Positions 24,591-37,405 are shown, counted from the stretch's first letter. The stretch is 64,000 bases of DNA from Camelus dromedarius (GCF_036321535.1 NC_087436.1:84136001-84200000), one strand, 5' to 3'. A program made the numbers and translations. The notes: a model not told the origin generated them from the letters alone.

Positions 24591-26506
24591 TGTAGGGGAG
24601 TAAAAAAATCTTTCCTCTACCTTTCTAAGTTCTCAGCTGGGCCTGCATAACATAGGACAGATTAACAAGAGAAAAACAAACAGCCATTTATTAATAAGTG
24701 CTTGGTGCATACATATGGGAGCACTCAGAGATGAGTAACTCAAAGAGGTGGCTTAGAATTCTGGCAAATATAGCATCTTTAACAAAGAGCACCTACAGTC
24801 AACTTATCTTTGACAAAGGAGGCAAGAATATACAATGGAGAAAAAGTCTCTTCAGCAAGTGGTGTTGGGAAAACTGGACAGCAGCATGTAAATCAGTCAA
24901 GTTAGAACACTCCCTCACACCATACACAAAAATAAACTCAAAATAACTTAAAGACTTAAATATAAGACAAGACACTATAAACCTCCTAAAAGAAAACATA
25001 GGCAAATCATTCTCTGACATAAATCTTAGCAATATTCTCCTAAGACAGTCTACCCAGGCAATAGAAATAAAGGCAAAAATAAACAAATGGGATCTAGTTA
25101 AACTTACAAGCTTTTTCACAGCAAAGGAAACCATAAGCAAAACAAAATGACAACCTACGAAATGGGAAAAAAATATTTGCAAATGATGCAACTGACAAAG
25201 GCTTAATCTCCAGAATACATAAACAGCTCATACAACTTAATAACACCCCCCCCCAGACAATCCAATCCAAAAATGGGCAGAAGACCTAAACAAGCAATTC
25301 TCCAATGGAAGACATATAAATGCCCAACAGGCACATGAAAAAAATGCTCAATATCACTGATTATCAGAGAAATGCAAATCAAAACTACAATGAGGTGTCA
25401 CCTCACACCAGTCAGAATGGCCATCATTCAAAAGTCCATGGATGATAAATGCTGGAGAGGGTGTGGAGAAAAGGGAACCCTCCTACACTACGGTGGGAAT
25501 GTAGTATGGTGCAGCCATTATGGAAAATAGTATGGAGATTCCCCAAAAAGTTAAAAATAGACTTACCATATGATCCAGCAATCCCACTCCTGGGCATATA
25601 TCCAGAGGGAACTCTAATTTGGAAAGACACATGCACCCCAATGTTCACAGCAACACTATATACAATAGCCAAGACATGGAAGCAACCTAAATGTCCACCA
25701 ACAGATGACTGGATAAAGAAGCTGTGGTATATTTATACAAGAGAATACTACCCAGTAATGAAAAAGAATAAAATAATGCCATCTGCAGCAACATGGATGG
25801 ATCTGGAGATCATCATCCTAAGTGAAGTAAGCCAGAAAGAGAAAAATGCCGTGTGATACCACTTATATGTGGAATCTAAAAAAAGAAAAAAAGAGGACAC
25901 TAATGAAGTCTACAAAAATAGAAACAGACTTGTAGACATAGTAAACAATCTTATGGTTACTGGGGGAAAGGGGGTGGGAAGGGATAAATTTGGGAGTTTG
26001 AGATTTGCAAATGTTAACCACTATATATAAAAATAGATAAACAAATTTCCTCTGTATAGCACAGGGAACTATATTCAATATCTTGTAATAACTTTTAATG
26101 GAAAATATGAAAACAAATATATGTATATATATGCATGACTGGGACATAATGCTGTATACTAGAAACTGACACATTGTAATTGACTATACTTCAATAAAAA
26201 AAAAAGAGCAATACATTTGTAGAAAAATGACTGGACAAAGGAAAATGATTTTAGGCTTCCAAGGGTGGCAAACAGTGGGAAGATAATATATAGGAGGAAA
26301 CTAATGGAGTATGATTTGTTTGCAGATTTCTCAGGTGCCATCTCTGGGCTGATAAGAGTCCAGAGTCATTTCCAGTAAAGGAGAATTTATATCCTGCCTT
26401 TAAACAGAAAAAGAAGCGATTAATCTGCTTCTTAACTGCCTTTAGCTCAGAATAATTTTTATGACATAGAGCCTATTTTCAGGGTGACATATACTGGTTT
26501 CCTTCA
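24591..26506 (-). mobile_element. MER34/39-like ERV1 solo LTR split by an L1 insertion
   Basis: Ends tgtaggggag and gggtgacatatactggtttccttca are reverse complements of the LTR type seen at 3021-3545. Confidence 0.7.
24792..26202 (+). mobile_element. 5'-truncated L1 (1.4 kb; ORF2 C-terminus plus 3'UTR) in intron 2
   Basis: ORF2 peptides [27 protein letters not shown] and [14 protein letters not shown], with frameshifts and stops. AATAAA plus poly(A). TSD AAAGAGCA at 24784-24791 and 26203-26210. Confidence 0.93.
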
Positions 26507-26888
26507 ATGGTAAATACTTGTATACCATTTACTATGTGCCAAGTACCATTCTAAATGCTTTATGTAGAATAACTCATTTAATCTTTTAGAGCACTGTGAG
26601 GTAGTTACCATTACTATCCCCTTGGTCAAAGTCGCATGGCAATGAGACCAATAGGGGTTCATCCCAGGCATTCTGACTCCAGACCTGGTGCTCCTTACTA
26701 GCCCAGCATAGCACTGAATTGTAACTGCCCGTCTCCTCCTGGGCTATGTACTCCTCAGAGTCATGGATGATGTCTTACTTGTTGTTTGCTGCCCAGTCTC
26801 CAGCACTTCATGGGTGCTCAATAATACTTTTGGTCATATGACTCAGTTTTCTTGAGTTTGAGTTTCTTTCAGAAAATGGGAATAATAA

Positions 26889-28162
26889 CAGTAGAAACTC
26901 TATCAGCCACCCTCCATTTACGCAAGCTCACATACAACCTTCCCCTGTCTCTCTGAACAGTTCCTACAGCAGATCAATTACTCACTGGTTGTAGATGGAC
27001 TACTGTCTTGTATGACTCCTCTCCTGGATGCCAGTAGAATGTATTTCCCATCAGTGGAGTTACGTTCTTACCAAGACTCGTGTGTGTTCACAAGCCTGTT
27101 ACGTGAGCCTCCACTCTTATTTTAATAAAAAATGTAGACAGCATAAACATGAGTGTGAAGAAATAAAGCAGTTTATATAAGAACTGTGTTGGATGCTTTT
27201 GAAAGACTTGCTAAAGGACGAATTACTAAAAAAAAATTGCTGTTGAATTAGGTGTAGGTAAAACAACTGTAAATAATTGGGAAAAGATTTTTTAGAATTG
27301 TATATTTCCTTGGTATGCCAGTGTCTTAAAAGTCTCACCATATTTTTAAATAGGGAGTTTTACTCCCCAGAAGACATTCAGATTGTCATTCTGGTTGTCA
27401 TGACTGGGGAGCTGTTACTGGCATCTAGTGGATAAAGAACAGAGATGCTACTAAACATCCTACAATGCACAGGACAGCCTCACACAGCAAAGAATTACCT
27501 CGTCCAAAATATGAATGGGGTCGAGAAATCCCATTTTAAAGAAGCCAAAACAGGAAATCACAGGTGATTTATTCTGAGTATGATTTTTGCAGTGATAGCA
27601 CACAGAACTCTAACTAGTTGAAACATTCAAAGGAAAGGTCTTGTGTCTTGTGTCAGTTAGGATTAAATTCAGCTGCAAGTAACAACAACTCAGAATAACA
27701 GCTAACAGCACTGCTCATCCTAGAATGTGGCCTTCATCCTCCTGGTCTGTAAGATAAAGGTGAGAACTCCAGGCACCCAGCAGCAAGACGGAGGAATGGA
27801 CAAAGAAGGATAAAAACTGGAGGAAGCAGAGGACAGGCACCAACTTTCTTTTAAAGGAGGTTCCCAGAAGCTACTGCACAATAATTCCACCTATATCCCA
27901 TTGGTCAGTCCTTAATCACATGGTCACACCTAGCTGCAAGAAAGGGTATCTTATAGTAGGTAGCATTCCAGCTGGCCACGTGCCCTGTCACTGTCTTACA
28001 TCAAAAGATTGGCAATTTTTGTTTTCATTTCTATGTTTCAAGATAAAATGTTTAGGGTATATATTATTTTTTATTATTGTTTCCTTGCTTTAATTCACCT
28101 TTTCAATGAAATGACCAGTTACCGCTTGTCTCAGTCTCACTGGGATAAGAGGGCCTCTACTC
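26889..28162. mobile_element. Tigger-like element interrupted by MER20 (about 27350-27530) and an MLT1 LTR (about 27650-27990)
   Basis: Degenerate terminal inverted repeats cagtagaaactct...gagggcctctact. MER20 motif gctactaaacatcctacaatgcacaggacagcc. Confidence 0.55.
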
Positions 28163-28619
28163 CCCTGTGAGAGCAGCCCTGGAAGGCAGCATCTCAGTGA
28201 GCCTGGGGCAGCCAGAGCACATCAGGCTCCTAAGTGGAGCACAGAGGACTGAACGGTGGGTAGAAAGGGGCAAAAAAAAAAAAAAAAAGTTCCTTCAGAG
28301 TTTGGCCCATGGCCAGCCCTGCTCAGGTCTCTATGAATCCAGATAATATCAATGGAAAGGTATATTTCATTTATTCAGAGTGCTAAACAGGGTGACTTAC
28401 TCAGAAGTGAGAAAAGGTGATCACTATTTACTAAAACAAAACAGAAATACAGCAGGCCCTGTATTTCACCTTTTGTTACAGTGGGACTCTGCACACGATG
28501 GTCTGATCACTGTGACCAGTTCTAGTCTTGGCCCTGCTGGAGACTATGGTCCTGAGCAAGATGTATGACCCCTCTGGCCTCAATCCCATCAAATCTGAGG
28601 GTTGAGTTCCATGACCCAA

Positions 28620-29050
28620 TATCAGTTTCTTAGGGCTGCCGTATTACTACAAACTGGATGGTTTAAACCATAGAAATTGGATTATCTCCCAGTTCCTGAG
28701 GCTAGAAGTCTAAACTCAAGGTGTGGCAGGGTTGGTTCCTTCCAAGAGGTGCGAGGGACAATCTATTCCATCCCTCTCTCCTTCTCTCTGGTAGCCTCAG
28801 GCAATCCTTGGCTTGTAGATCACGTTCTCTCTGTGCATTCACATGATCTTCCCTCTGCGCATGACTCTGTGTCCAGATTTTCCCTTTTATAAGGACACTA
28901 GTCATACTGGATTAGGGCCCACCCTACTAACCTCATTTTAACTCGATTATCTATATAAAGACCCTCTTTCCTAATAAGGTCACGTTCTGAGGCACTGGGG
29001 GTTAGGACTTTAGCATATCTGTGGGGCAGACACAATGAAGCATATGACAA
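28620..29050 (-). mobile_element. MLT1C-like MaLR LTR
   Basis: tagggctgcc...ttataaggacactagtcatactggattagggccc...ggggttaggactt. Confidence 0.8.
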
Positions 29051-29376
29051 CCCTTGAAGTCCAGTTCTGAACCTACTGCTTTCTTGAGCACTGCTGCTTA
29101 GATGCCAGTATCTTAAAAGTCCTGACAAGAAGACTAGATTCCCCAGTGCGTCTGGGCATTATGCCAGGGACTGAGGTGGCAGGCGGCAGGATATTCACGT
29201 GGAGATGGTCGTGACGAGCAAATTTTGAAGCTGGAGGATAGTCAAGTAGGTACGGTGGCATGTCCTGGACTTTCATTTGAAAATCAGCCAGACTGAACCT
29301 TCCTCTGAGGTCCTTTTCTTACAAGCATGTATTGATCCATTGCTTCAACATTGCACAGATTTTTACATTAGAAAAA

Positions 29377-29409
<33 letters not shown>

Positions 29410-29544
29410 GGAGAATAGAAACCTTTCTGTAGGATGTTTCTAGGAAATCCAGGAATACTTGGGTCTTTGTCCTCCCCTGAGCTATTTTGTGATGAGAATG
29501 TCTCAGGTTATTCTCCAATTTCTGTTTCCCTTTCTCTTTTCCAG

Positions 29545-29654
29545 CCAAATTGCTATCAGTATAAATTACCAGGATGTCCCAGAGACTTTAGCCCCGTGTG
29601 TGGAAGCGACATGTCCACTTACCCCAATGAGTGTACTCTGTGCATGAAAATCAG
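29545..29654 (+). CDS. SPINK2: SPINK2 coding exon 3 (Kazal core [36 protein letters not shown])
   Basis: Acceptor tttctcttttccag| and donor AG|GTAACA. Kazal signature C-x7-C-x7-C-GSD-xx-TY-x-NEC-xx-C, close to human [36 protein letters not shown]. Confidence 0.97.
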
Positions 29655-30412
29655 GTAACATAATTTTACAGTATAAATTAGCCAAGTTTTCTTCAATTCT
29701 TTTCTTGCATTTCGATTCCTTAGGAAGCTGTGACTCTTTTTTTGGACATAAGAATCAAATGTGACATAGTAGTTCTGTTTTCATACTGACACTTAAAAGG
29801 ACACAGAATCCTTCAGTGTATTTTCTAGGTCAGTGTTAGAGAATGAGGTATGTGATTAATCAGATAATTAAGTGATGTTACTCTCCAGGGATGTGCTGTT
29901 TCCCCAAATGAAGACTATATTTAGTAGTCAAATTCTGCGGAACGGTAAATGTTCTTTTAAATTCAGAGGGCATATACAGGTGACCCACACACCCTGCACT
30001 ACTGTTTGGAAAACAGGTCTTAATAAGTCTCCCTGGTAGAATGCTCAGTACAAGTGTATTACACCTGATGCCCTCCCACGTAACACACCTGACCAGCTCA
30101 GATGGCCATGACTCCTCCTCCAGGTGAGCTGCTTTGTATTTCAGGGCTCCGTTCTCTGACCTCGGTGAGTTACTAGGTCCTCTCTGAGTGATTCTTCGGG
30201 GGTAACTCCCTGTGCCCTGGGGTGATGGAACACATAGTAGAGTTGGGCTTTCGCCCTCATTGTTTCCTAGATTCAGCTTTAAAAATGATTAAGTAAGCGT
30301 CACCCTGGAAGAATCTAATGTATAATGCCGTGGGTCTTTCTAATACAAATAGTGGGATGGTTTCAAGATGGTTGGGAATAAATGTCTTTTTAATGGTTTC
30401 TTCAATTTGCAG

Positions 30413-30458
30413 GGAAGATGGTCATGATATAAAAATAATCCGAAGTGGACCATGCTGA
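30413..30458 (+). CDS. SPINK2: SPINK2 coding exon 4 ((R)EDGHDIKIIRSGPC-stop)
   Basis: Acceptor ttcttcaatttgcag|G completes the AGG codon. Supplies the sixth Kazal Cys, then TGA at 30456-30458. Matches human REGGHNIKIIRNGPC. Total CDS is 258 nt. Confidence 0.95.
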
Positions 30459-30702
30459 TGGAGCAGTTTACAGAAGACCACCTTTGTCCGCACACTAGAT
30501 CAACTTCATTTTCCCTTTTTTTCTTTTCCTATGTTTCTTTGTGTGAAATTTTTTAACCCACATTTTCTGAGATGAAGTGTGGAAGAGAGCTATGGGCAGT
30601 GGCTGATAATTAAAACAAACAAAAAAATCCTTGTTTCTTGCCTTTTTTCCCTTGAGTTAAGCTCATTGCCCAGATAACTTATGTGTTACTTTATTTATCT
30701 GG

Positions 30703-30708
30703 AATAAA
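30703..30708 (+). terminator. SPINK2: SPINK2 polyadenylation signal AATAAA
   Basis: AATAAA about 245 nt after the stop codon. A weaker ATTAAA lies at 30609-30614. Confidence 0.7.
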
Positions 30709-31065
30709 ATCAGCAGTGTAACCAGTTACCACTGTTCTCTACTGAATACCTATTCCCACTCAGTAGACTCACGTGGCTCCTTTCCTGTGAGGCAAAGATG
30801 AATTTCACTAAGGGAGGAGTGGAGTCACTGTTGAGAGGGCAAAGTTTATTCTTCTTCTGCATTTCCCTGAATCTTGGATATTTAATGTATGTGTAGCTGG
30901 TATGGTGTTCTGCACAGGGCAAATAACTGTGAAATACTTGGAGCTGACTTTAGCCGGAGCTGGTAAAGTCAAAGAATCATGAGAGTAAAATATTCCATAT
31001 CTCCTTTGAATACAGTTTTCCTTCAGGGTTAATGCAAGAATTTACCTTTTTCCTCCTTTTAGAGC

Positions 31066-31270
31066 AGTGGTTCTCAACCCTGGGTGATTTTTCCCCAGGG
31101 GACACCTGGGCGTACGTCTGGAGTCTAGAGGCATTTTTGGTGTGAAAATGGTGCCACTGATGACATCCAGCAGGTAGAAGACAGCGATGCTGCCAGACAT
31201 CCTACGGCGCACAGGACAGCTCCCAGCAACCAAGCATTTCCAGTCAGTAGTGCTGAGGTTAAGTCACCCA
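31066..31270. mobile_element. MER20 hAT-Charlie element
   Basis: cagtggttctcaaccctgggtgatttt...acatcctacggcgcacaggacagc...agtgctgaggtt. Confidence 0.8.
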
Positions 31271-32766
31271 GTTTTAGAGTTTGATACAACATAAAGAATA
31301 AACACAGCAATAACAAAAGTGACCAAAGGTTAATTTAGAAACACAATGCTTTCCAGGTAGAGGATTTTAGGTTAAGTCCTGCATTTAAGTGCATTCTGGC
31401 GCTAGGAAACTGTGAAACATAAGGCAAGAGGTGGCTGGGAGAGTGTTAAGTGAAAAGAATGGCTTTGGGGGTTGAGCGAAACCTGAGTTTGAGTTCTGAT
31501 TCCAACACTTGTGCTTCCATCTTCTTATGTGGAAAATGGGGATAATGCTCAACTCATGGAACTGCCCTGAGGAAACTGCTTAGCACAGAGCTTGGCACAT
31601 AGAAACCCTGAAATTCTATTCTATTACTTCAAATACTTCTCTTAGAGAGAAAGCAACTGAAGCCCACAGAGGCAGACCAACCTGCCCAAGGTTATGGAAC
31701 ACAGTTGAAACAGTCAGGACTAGCAGCCTGGTCTCCACATTCCCAGACCTCTGCTCTCACGTGGAACAGAGGCAATGATGTGGGAAGTTGTATAACATAA
31801 ATGTGCCACAACTATATTTTGTCTTGTAATCATTTTTGGCTTAAAGGTTTTATAGAAGTCGTATATGCTTTTTGGAAAATTAAAAAATACACAAAAGTAT
31901 ATTAAAAGAGAAAGTCTTGATGCTCAACATTGCTAATTATTAAAGAACTCCAAATCAAAACCACAATGAACTCCTCCTGTAACGCCCAGATCTAAGCCAT
32001 TATTTCTACATTCTCCACAGCTGGGGGGAAGCAACACATTTACACAACATTTAGAAATTTGACCAATCACATTTGAAAGCAGTCGCCACTGGCTGGGTCT
32101 TTAAGACTGCCAAACTACCCAAACTCCCGCAGGCCATCTCTAGAGCAAGGAGTTTTATTTTTCTGTCTTGAAAGTGAGATAACATTCAATTTAATGTGTC
32201 TAATAGCTGCATTCACTACAGTATGCTTAATCCATAGAATTGAAATTACAGGCAAAAGTTACGAGAGTCTATGATCTCAAGTGCTATCCTTTATGCTTCA
32301 TATTTTTAAGACAAAAAAGCAACTGTTTTTTAGTATTCTAGCAAGTTCAAAAATCAGTTTTCTTCTTGTGGGATAAGAGATCATGTTTACATGACATTTA
32401 TGATAAAATTAGATTTCATACTTCTGTGGCTGTTTTTTTTTTTCTGTCCCCAAATGAAATTAGTTTTCCTTTAACGGAGAAAGAAAAAAAAATTAGGGAG
32501 GAAATAGATCAAAAATTAACAAAATTAAATAATTTTATGCAATTTTTTCTTCAAGGAGGATACTACTTTTGCAATTATAATAAAATACGCCTTTAAAAAT
32601 TCATCTTTTTAAAGAAGGAAGAAAGATAATTTAAAAAGCCATGAGATGAATGGAAATCTTATTTGAACAAACAAATCAAAGAGCCAGAAATAGTGCATCA
32701 GTAATCTTTTACGGACTTCTGCCAAAGGTTCTCCCTGTCCTGGAATAATTCTTGGCGGGCGCTGAG

Positions 32767-32781
32767 ACACAAGGGGGCAGT
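32767..32781 (+). promoter_or_regulatory. Candidate CTCF site
   Basis: ACACAAGGGGGCAGT is a near match to the CTCF core in apparently non-repeat sequence. Motif match only. Confidence 0.45.
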
Positions 32782-34187
32782 GGCTCCCTGGGAAATGCCG
32801 CATTCCGCTCAGCCTGAACCCAGCTCAACGGTTTCTCTAGTACACTGCCACTGCCCTGGGAGAGTCACGTTTCACTCACAAACTGCTTCTCAAAGGCTCT
32901 TGTGCTTTGATTCTTTGAAAACACCACTTCTATGAATAACACTGAATGAATGATCCAACTGAAGCTCACATGGGGTCAAGGACCCAGGCGAAATGACGAC
33001 AAATAGAAACAGTTTTACCCCCTGGAGTAGGGGTTAGGCAAACACTCTCAGATTGTGGCTGGAAAAGCTGGAATTTGAAAGGCTACTAGAAAAGGGTTCA
33101 AGCTTAGCTGACCTGAGCAAAAAACTCTGACGCAACCAGCCTCAGAGGACACCACTCCTCTGTGTTGGGCAGGTTTATGAAGAAGCTTCCAACCTTCCTT
33201 CTCCAGTTTTACTGCCTCCCTGTTCCCCTCTGGTTCATTGTCTTTCATCCTGACTAAAATTTCTGCTCTGGTGAGCACATTCATTAATTCAGAAAATCCA
33301 TAATATCCAATATTTGCTTGGCCATTTACAGTTTCCAAAGTCTTTCATACTTTATCAAGCACTTCCAGGTAGGTTTTTCACCCACAACGTGAAATGTTTT
33401 GACATTTGACTTCCACTTTAATGCGCGTCATTACTGGAAATGAGACTCCATCAGAGTGACCAAAGCTAATATAAAAAATCAGTGAAAGATTGGGGACCAC
33501 GTGCCAAGGACATCGCATTGGCCTGGCCACACGGACCAAGCTGCAGGTTAAAGGGCGTGACATGGACAGAATGGAAGTGTTGAATCTGGGTTATGGAGCT
33601 CAGGACTGAATTCCTCTCTGAAGAGGAAGGGCAAAGTGCCACTGCAGAGCATTTACCGCTCAAAGACTTTCAGCGGCAACCATGCACAAGAAATTGGCAG
33701 TGAATACTTGTGAGATAGATGACTCTGCTTTGCAATGTGCTACAATAGTCTTTGGAGGTGTGAAGAAGCCCTTGGTTTGCCATAGGGTGATTTATTAGGA
33801 AAACTTGTCCTCCTAAACCGTGTATTTCCATAGGCAGCAACAAGTCTAAGCCATGCAGAAGGATGTCACAGAAGAAGCATCTGCTACATAGTTTTTAGGG
33901 CTGTGTGGTTCTGTATACTAAATCAGTGCACATATATTTGAATTTTTTTGTTTTACTTTTTGTGATCCATGTTATAATTTTTGTGACAGAAAATAGCATT
34001 GTCCTAATAGGAAATCAAGGTTCATTCATGATGGCTTCTCTTTTGATTGTCAACCAGGAAGGATTTGGTTGTGAGGTGGGGGTGTTATTTCTCTAGGTTA
34101 CGGTTTAGGAGAAAATCAGAAAAGGTTAAGTCACCTTGTCATGGTCACCTAAAGAGCACAGCAGATCTTCTGACTCTAAATCTGGGA

Positions 34188-34350
34188 TTTAAAAAATATT
34201 TTATTTATTTATTATTGTACTATTTAATTATTTTACTTGGGGGGAGGAAAATTAGGTTTATTATTTTTAGAGGAGGTACTGGGAATTGAACCCCAGACCT
34301 CAGGCATGCTGAGCATATGCTCTACCACTTGAGCTGTACCCTCTTTCCCC
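34188..34350 (-). mobile_element. tRNA-derived SINE (Vic-1-like)
   Basis: ggaggtactgggaattgaacccc...gctctaccacttgagctgtaccct. Confidence 0.85.
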
Positions 34351-37221
34351 TACCTCCTGCTCCTTTTTTTAAAAATCATTGTGCTCTGAAAATATCTAAC
34401 TCTGTTAAGGAAATCCTTTCACCAGACCACCTGTGTTTCACCTCTCTGCAGTGGATTTGGTGGCTATTGTTCTGCATTTTGGAACATAAAGAAGATAGGC
34501 ATCAAAAAATTTAGTGTTTTCAGTGCTGCTGACTGAGGAGCTTCTTACTTAGACTCTGTCAGGGAAAAAAGTTGGTTTCTAAGTAGGTGGCAGCACTTGG
34601 CTGGTTTATTGTTTGTTGAGCACCAAGGGTATGCTTGATCCAGCAGGAAAACAACACATGGTACCATCAGTGCCTTCTCTGAGCCCACACTCTCAGGCTT
34701 ATTGGCTGATATCACAGACAGAGAATAAGATAAGCAACAGACCAATGGGTGTAAAAAAAAGTCTTGGAAAGTTGTTGTTGTTGTTAAATAAAAGCCATAT
34801 TAGCAGCAAAGTAAGTCAAAGCACCCTGGACACAATTTATACATTTAATTGCAATTTAGAGTTAATATTAGGTCCATAAGATGGTAGTTTGTAAAGTTAG
34901 GATTAGCAACTTCCCTGCACACTTTCAACCTGATTCTCTTCTGAAACAGATCTTCCTTTCACTTTCTTCTGCTCTCTTTCTATGGTCTCCCCAAAATATA
35001 TACCCACTGGCCTTCTACAAATGTCTGAACCTCCATTTATCATCAGGCTTTCCATACACTGCTGTCTTTCACCTTCTTCTTTTAATGTGCAAATATCCCA
35101 TAGAAAGGTAACATATTAAATTCTTCACACAGGGAAGGCAAATTCTAGGCAAGGCTCCCAGCACACTCCCAGTCCCTGGCAGATGTTACTAATCTATCAC
35201 AGGGCTCCTTCTCATGGAGTCTGGAGTTAGAATCCTCAACACAGTGCTGCTGGCAGACTATCCAGGCTAATCAAAGTTGGCACAGGAGTTGAAGCCCATT
35301 TGGCACCCCTGTGGTAGCAGTGTAAACCGAATGAGTTGCTGATTCAATATTTGCCTGGTGGGTTCTAGGAGCAGGGAAACTGTGGATAATGAGGGCATGA
35401 GAGAAGCTATTAAGGTCAAGCTTGTTGTACATCACAGTTTCACCCCAGGCTCTTGGCCCAACACGACTTTAATGGCAGAAATAAATTAGGGTGTCTGATC
35501 TACAAAATAATACTTTTAGGAACCTTGACAACAGTGGAATATTTTCAGGCCTTCCAAAATGGATACCTATCCGTCTCCAAACAGCCCACACAGATATTCC
35601 TCTATCCCTACGCCAAGTGAAGCCGCACAGAGTGAGCCTGAAGTTGTTAAACGGAAAAATGTTGAGCAGCTACTGCCAAGGGGAGTTTGATGGTGTCACG
35701 CAGAAAAAAGCAATGAGGTCAATGTCTCCTGCACGCTGGGGGAGACTTGCCAGGTGCTGTGGTGTTGCTTAAAAAACTACCTTGAATTTGTTCTCTTCCT
35801 ACCAAAAGTCAGTCTCCATGACCCTGGTAACTATAAGCAGAGCAAAAATCATACAGAGAGAAGTCTCTTTCAGAGAGCGGCAGCTGCAGCTGGCACATGA
35901 CAGAAAGCACCTCAAAAGTGAAGGAAGCCCTTAGTTAATAACAAGAAAAGCAGTGAAGACTGTGAAGGTGCATTTGATTCTGTTCTTGGTCTGACATTTG
36001 ACCTATTGCAGAGAGACAAAATTTTCGGTGGCTAGCATAAAAGTCTTAATTGTTCCTTCCAAAACAGGCTGATGTAGCCACAGAAGAGTACTAACGAAAA
36101 ATACAGACTTAGTTAACAGAAAATTGAGGGTGGGTTGGGTTTATACGGGACCAAGGTAGAAGAAATATTTACACTAGCTTCACCTAACTAAGGTTTTGTT
36201 TATTCTTTAGTGATAAGTAGTCATATTTTATAGTATAGAAGTATCATATTTTTAAAACATATTTTACAGTATTTGTGTTTTTTTCATTCTCAGACACACC
36301 CATATATGTGTATTTTTAAAAATATTTTGCTTTATTCCTGAAAGTACTTAAAGCACCTGGATTTGCATATATCTATATGTGTTTTTGGATGGATGAATGG
36401 ATATAGACGGATGGATGGATGTATATGTCTGACAGATCATTTAGGTCAGGTCAGTCAAAGCAACACTGTCCTGTACAAGACCTCTATGAAGTTTAGACAA
36501 GTCAGTCCTGACTACTAGAGAATATTCTGCGAGCTTTTTAACCATTTTGCCACACTCAGGGATATAGACTCACATAGATGTCCAAACACACTCTTCACTT
36601 GGCATGGGGTCCAGAGACCCTGTGGGAAAGAAGTGGAACCCACTAGAGTTGCAGTTCAGACGTGTAGAAACTGAACGTATGGACTGTGACCCTCGGGGAA
36701 AAGACTGAAAGGAGAGAAAGCAGGACCTTCTAGTAGAGCCAGCTAGACTGAGCATCGGGGCTTGACACTGTCCCAAGGAAGCAGTGTTTTAGGGGTGGCT
36801 GGTCTCAACCTTAGCTTCCAGCTCCTTCAGAGATAGCACGTGTTCTTGGGAAGAGGAGATCATGGTACAAAGGAAAGAAAAGAAAGAATCATGTTACCAA
36901 GCGCCACCAGCTCTGTCTTGGGAACCCTCTTCCCCTTGGTGGGGTGGCATGAAGTAATACAGTCCATTGAAACAGAAGGAAGGATTTTGCTGCAGGCTCT
37001 AATTAAAGGTGATTCAAACACCCCCTCAACCCCATGGGGATTTTTGAAACTTGGGTCACACTTGTCACATGAGTGTATATATGTTTGTTCAAGTTACTGA
37101 TTCAACAATTCTGTGTTTGGGTCACTTCAAAGACCAGTTCATTTGTTCTCCAATTATCTCTCTTTTTTATAGAATAAAGAATAAAGTTACAAAGAAATCA
37201 AATTTAGTTATTGTAGTCTGT

Positions 37222-37405
37222 GATTCTTAAACTCCGACCTGCATCACAATCATCTGGAGGGCATATTAAAACAAAGGTTGCTGGACCTCACTACCAGAAT
37301 TTCTGATTCTGTAGGTCTAGGATGGGCTCAAGAATCTGTGTTTCTAGTTAGTTCCTTGGAGATGCTGATGCTGCTAGTTAGGGACCACACTTTCAGAATC
37401 ACTGG
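37222..37405. mobile_element. MER5A element
   Basis: cagaatttctgattctgtaggtctagg...gatgctgatgctgct...gaccacactttcagaatcactg. Confidence 0.8.

Noticed and set aside
24698..26174. ORFs of 82-135 aa on both strands
   Set aside because: Frameshifted L1 ORF2 remnants and their antisense frames. The same applies to 40806-41036, 52455-53062, 60366-60566 and 63297-63726.
29434..29658. 74-aa single-exon Kazal ORF from the ORF track
   Set aside because: The N-terminal part is intron and polypyrimidine tract. Only 29545-29654 is coding (SPINK2 exon 3).
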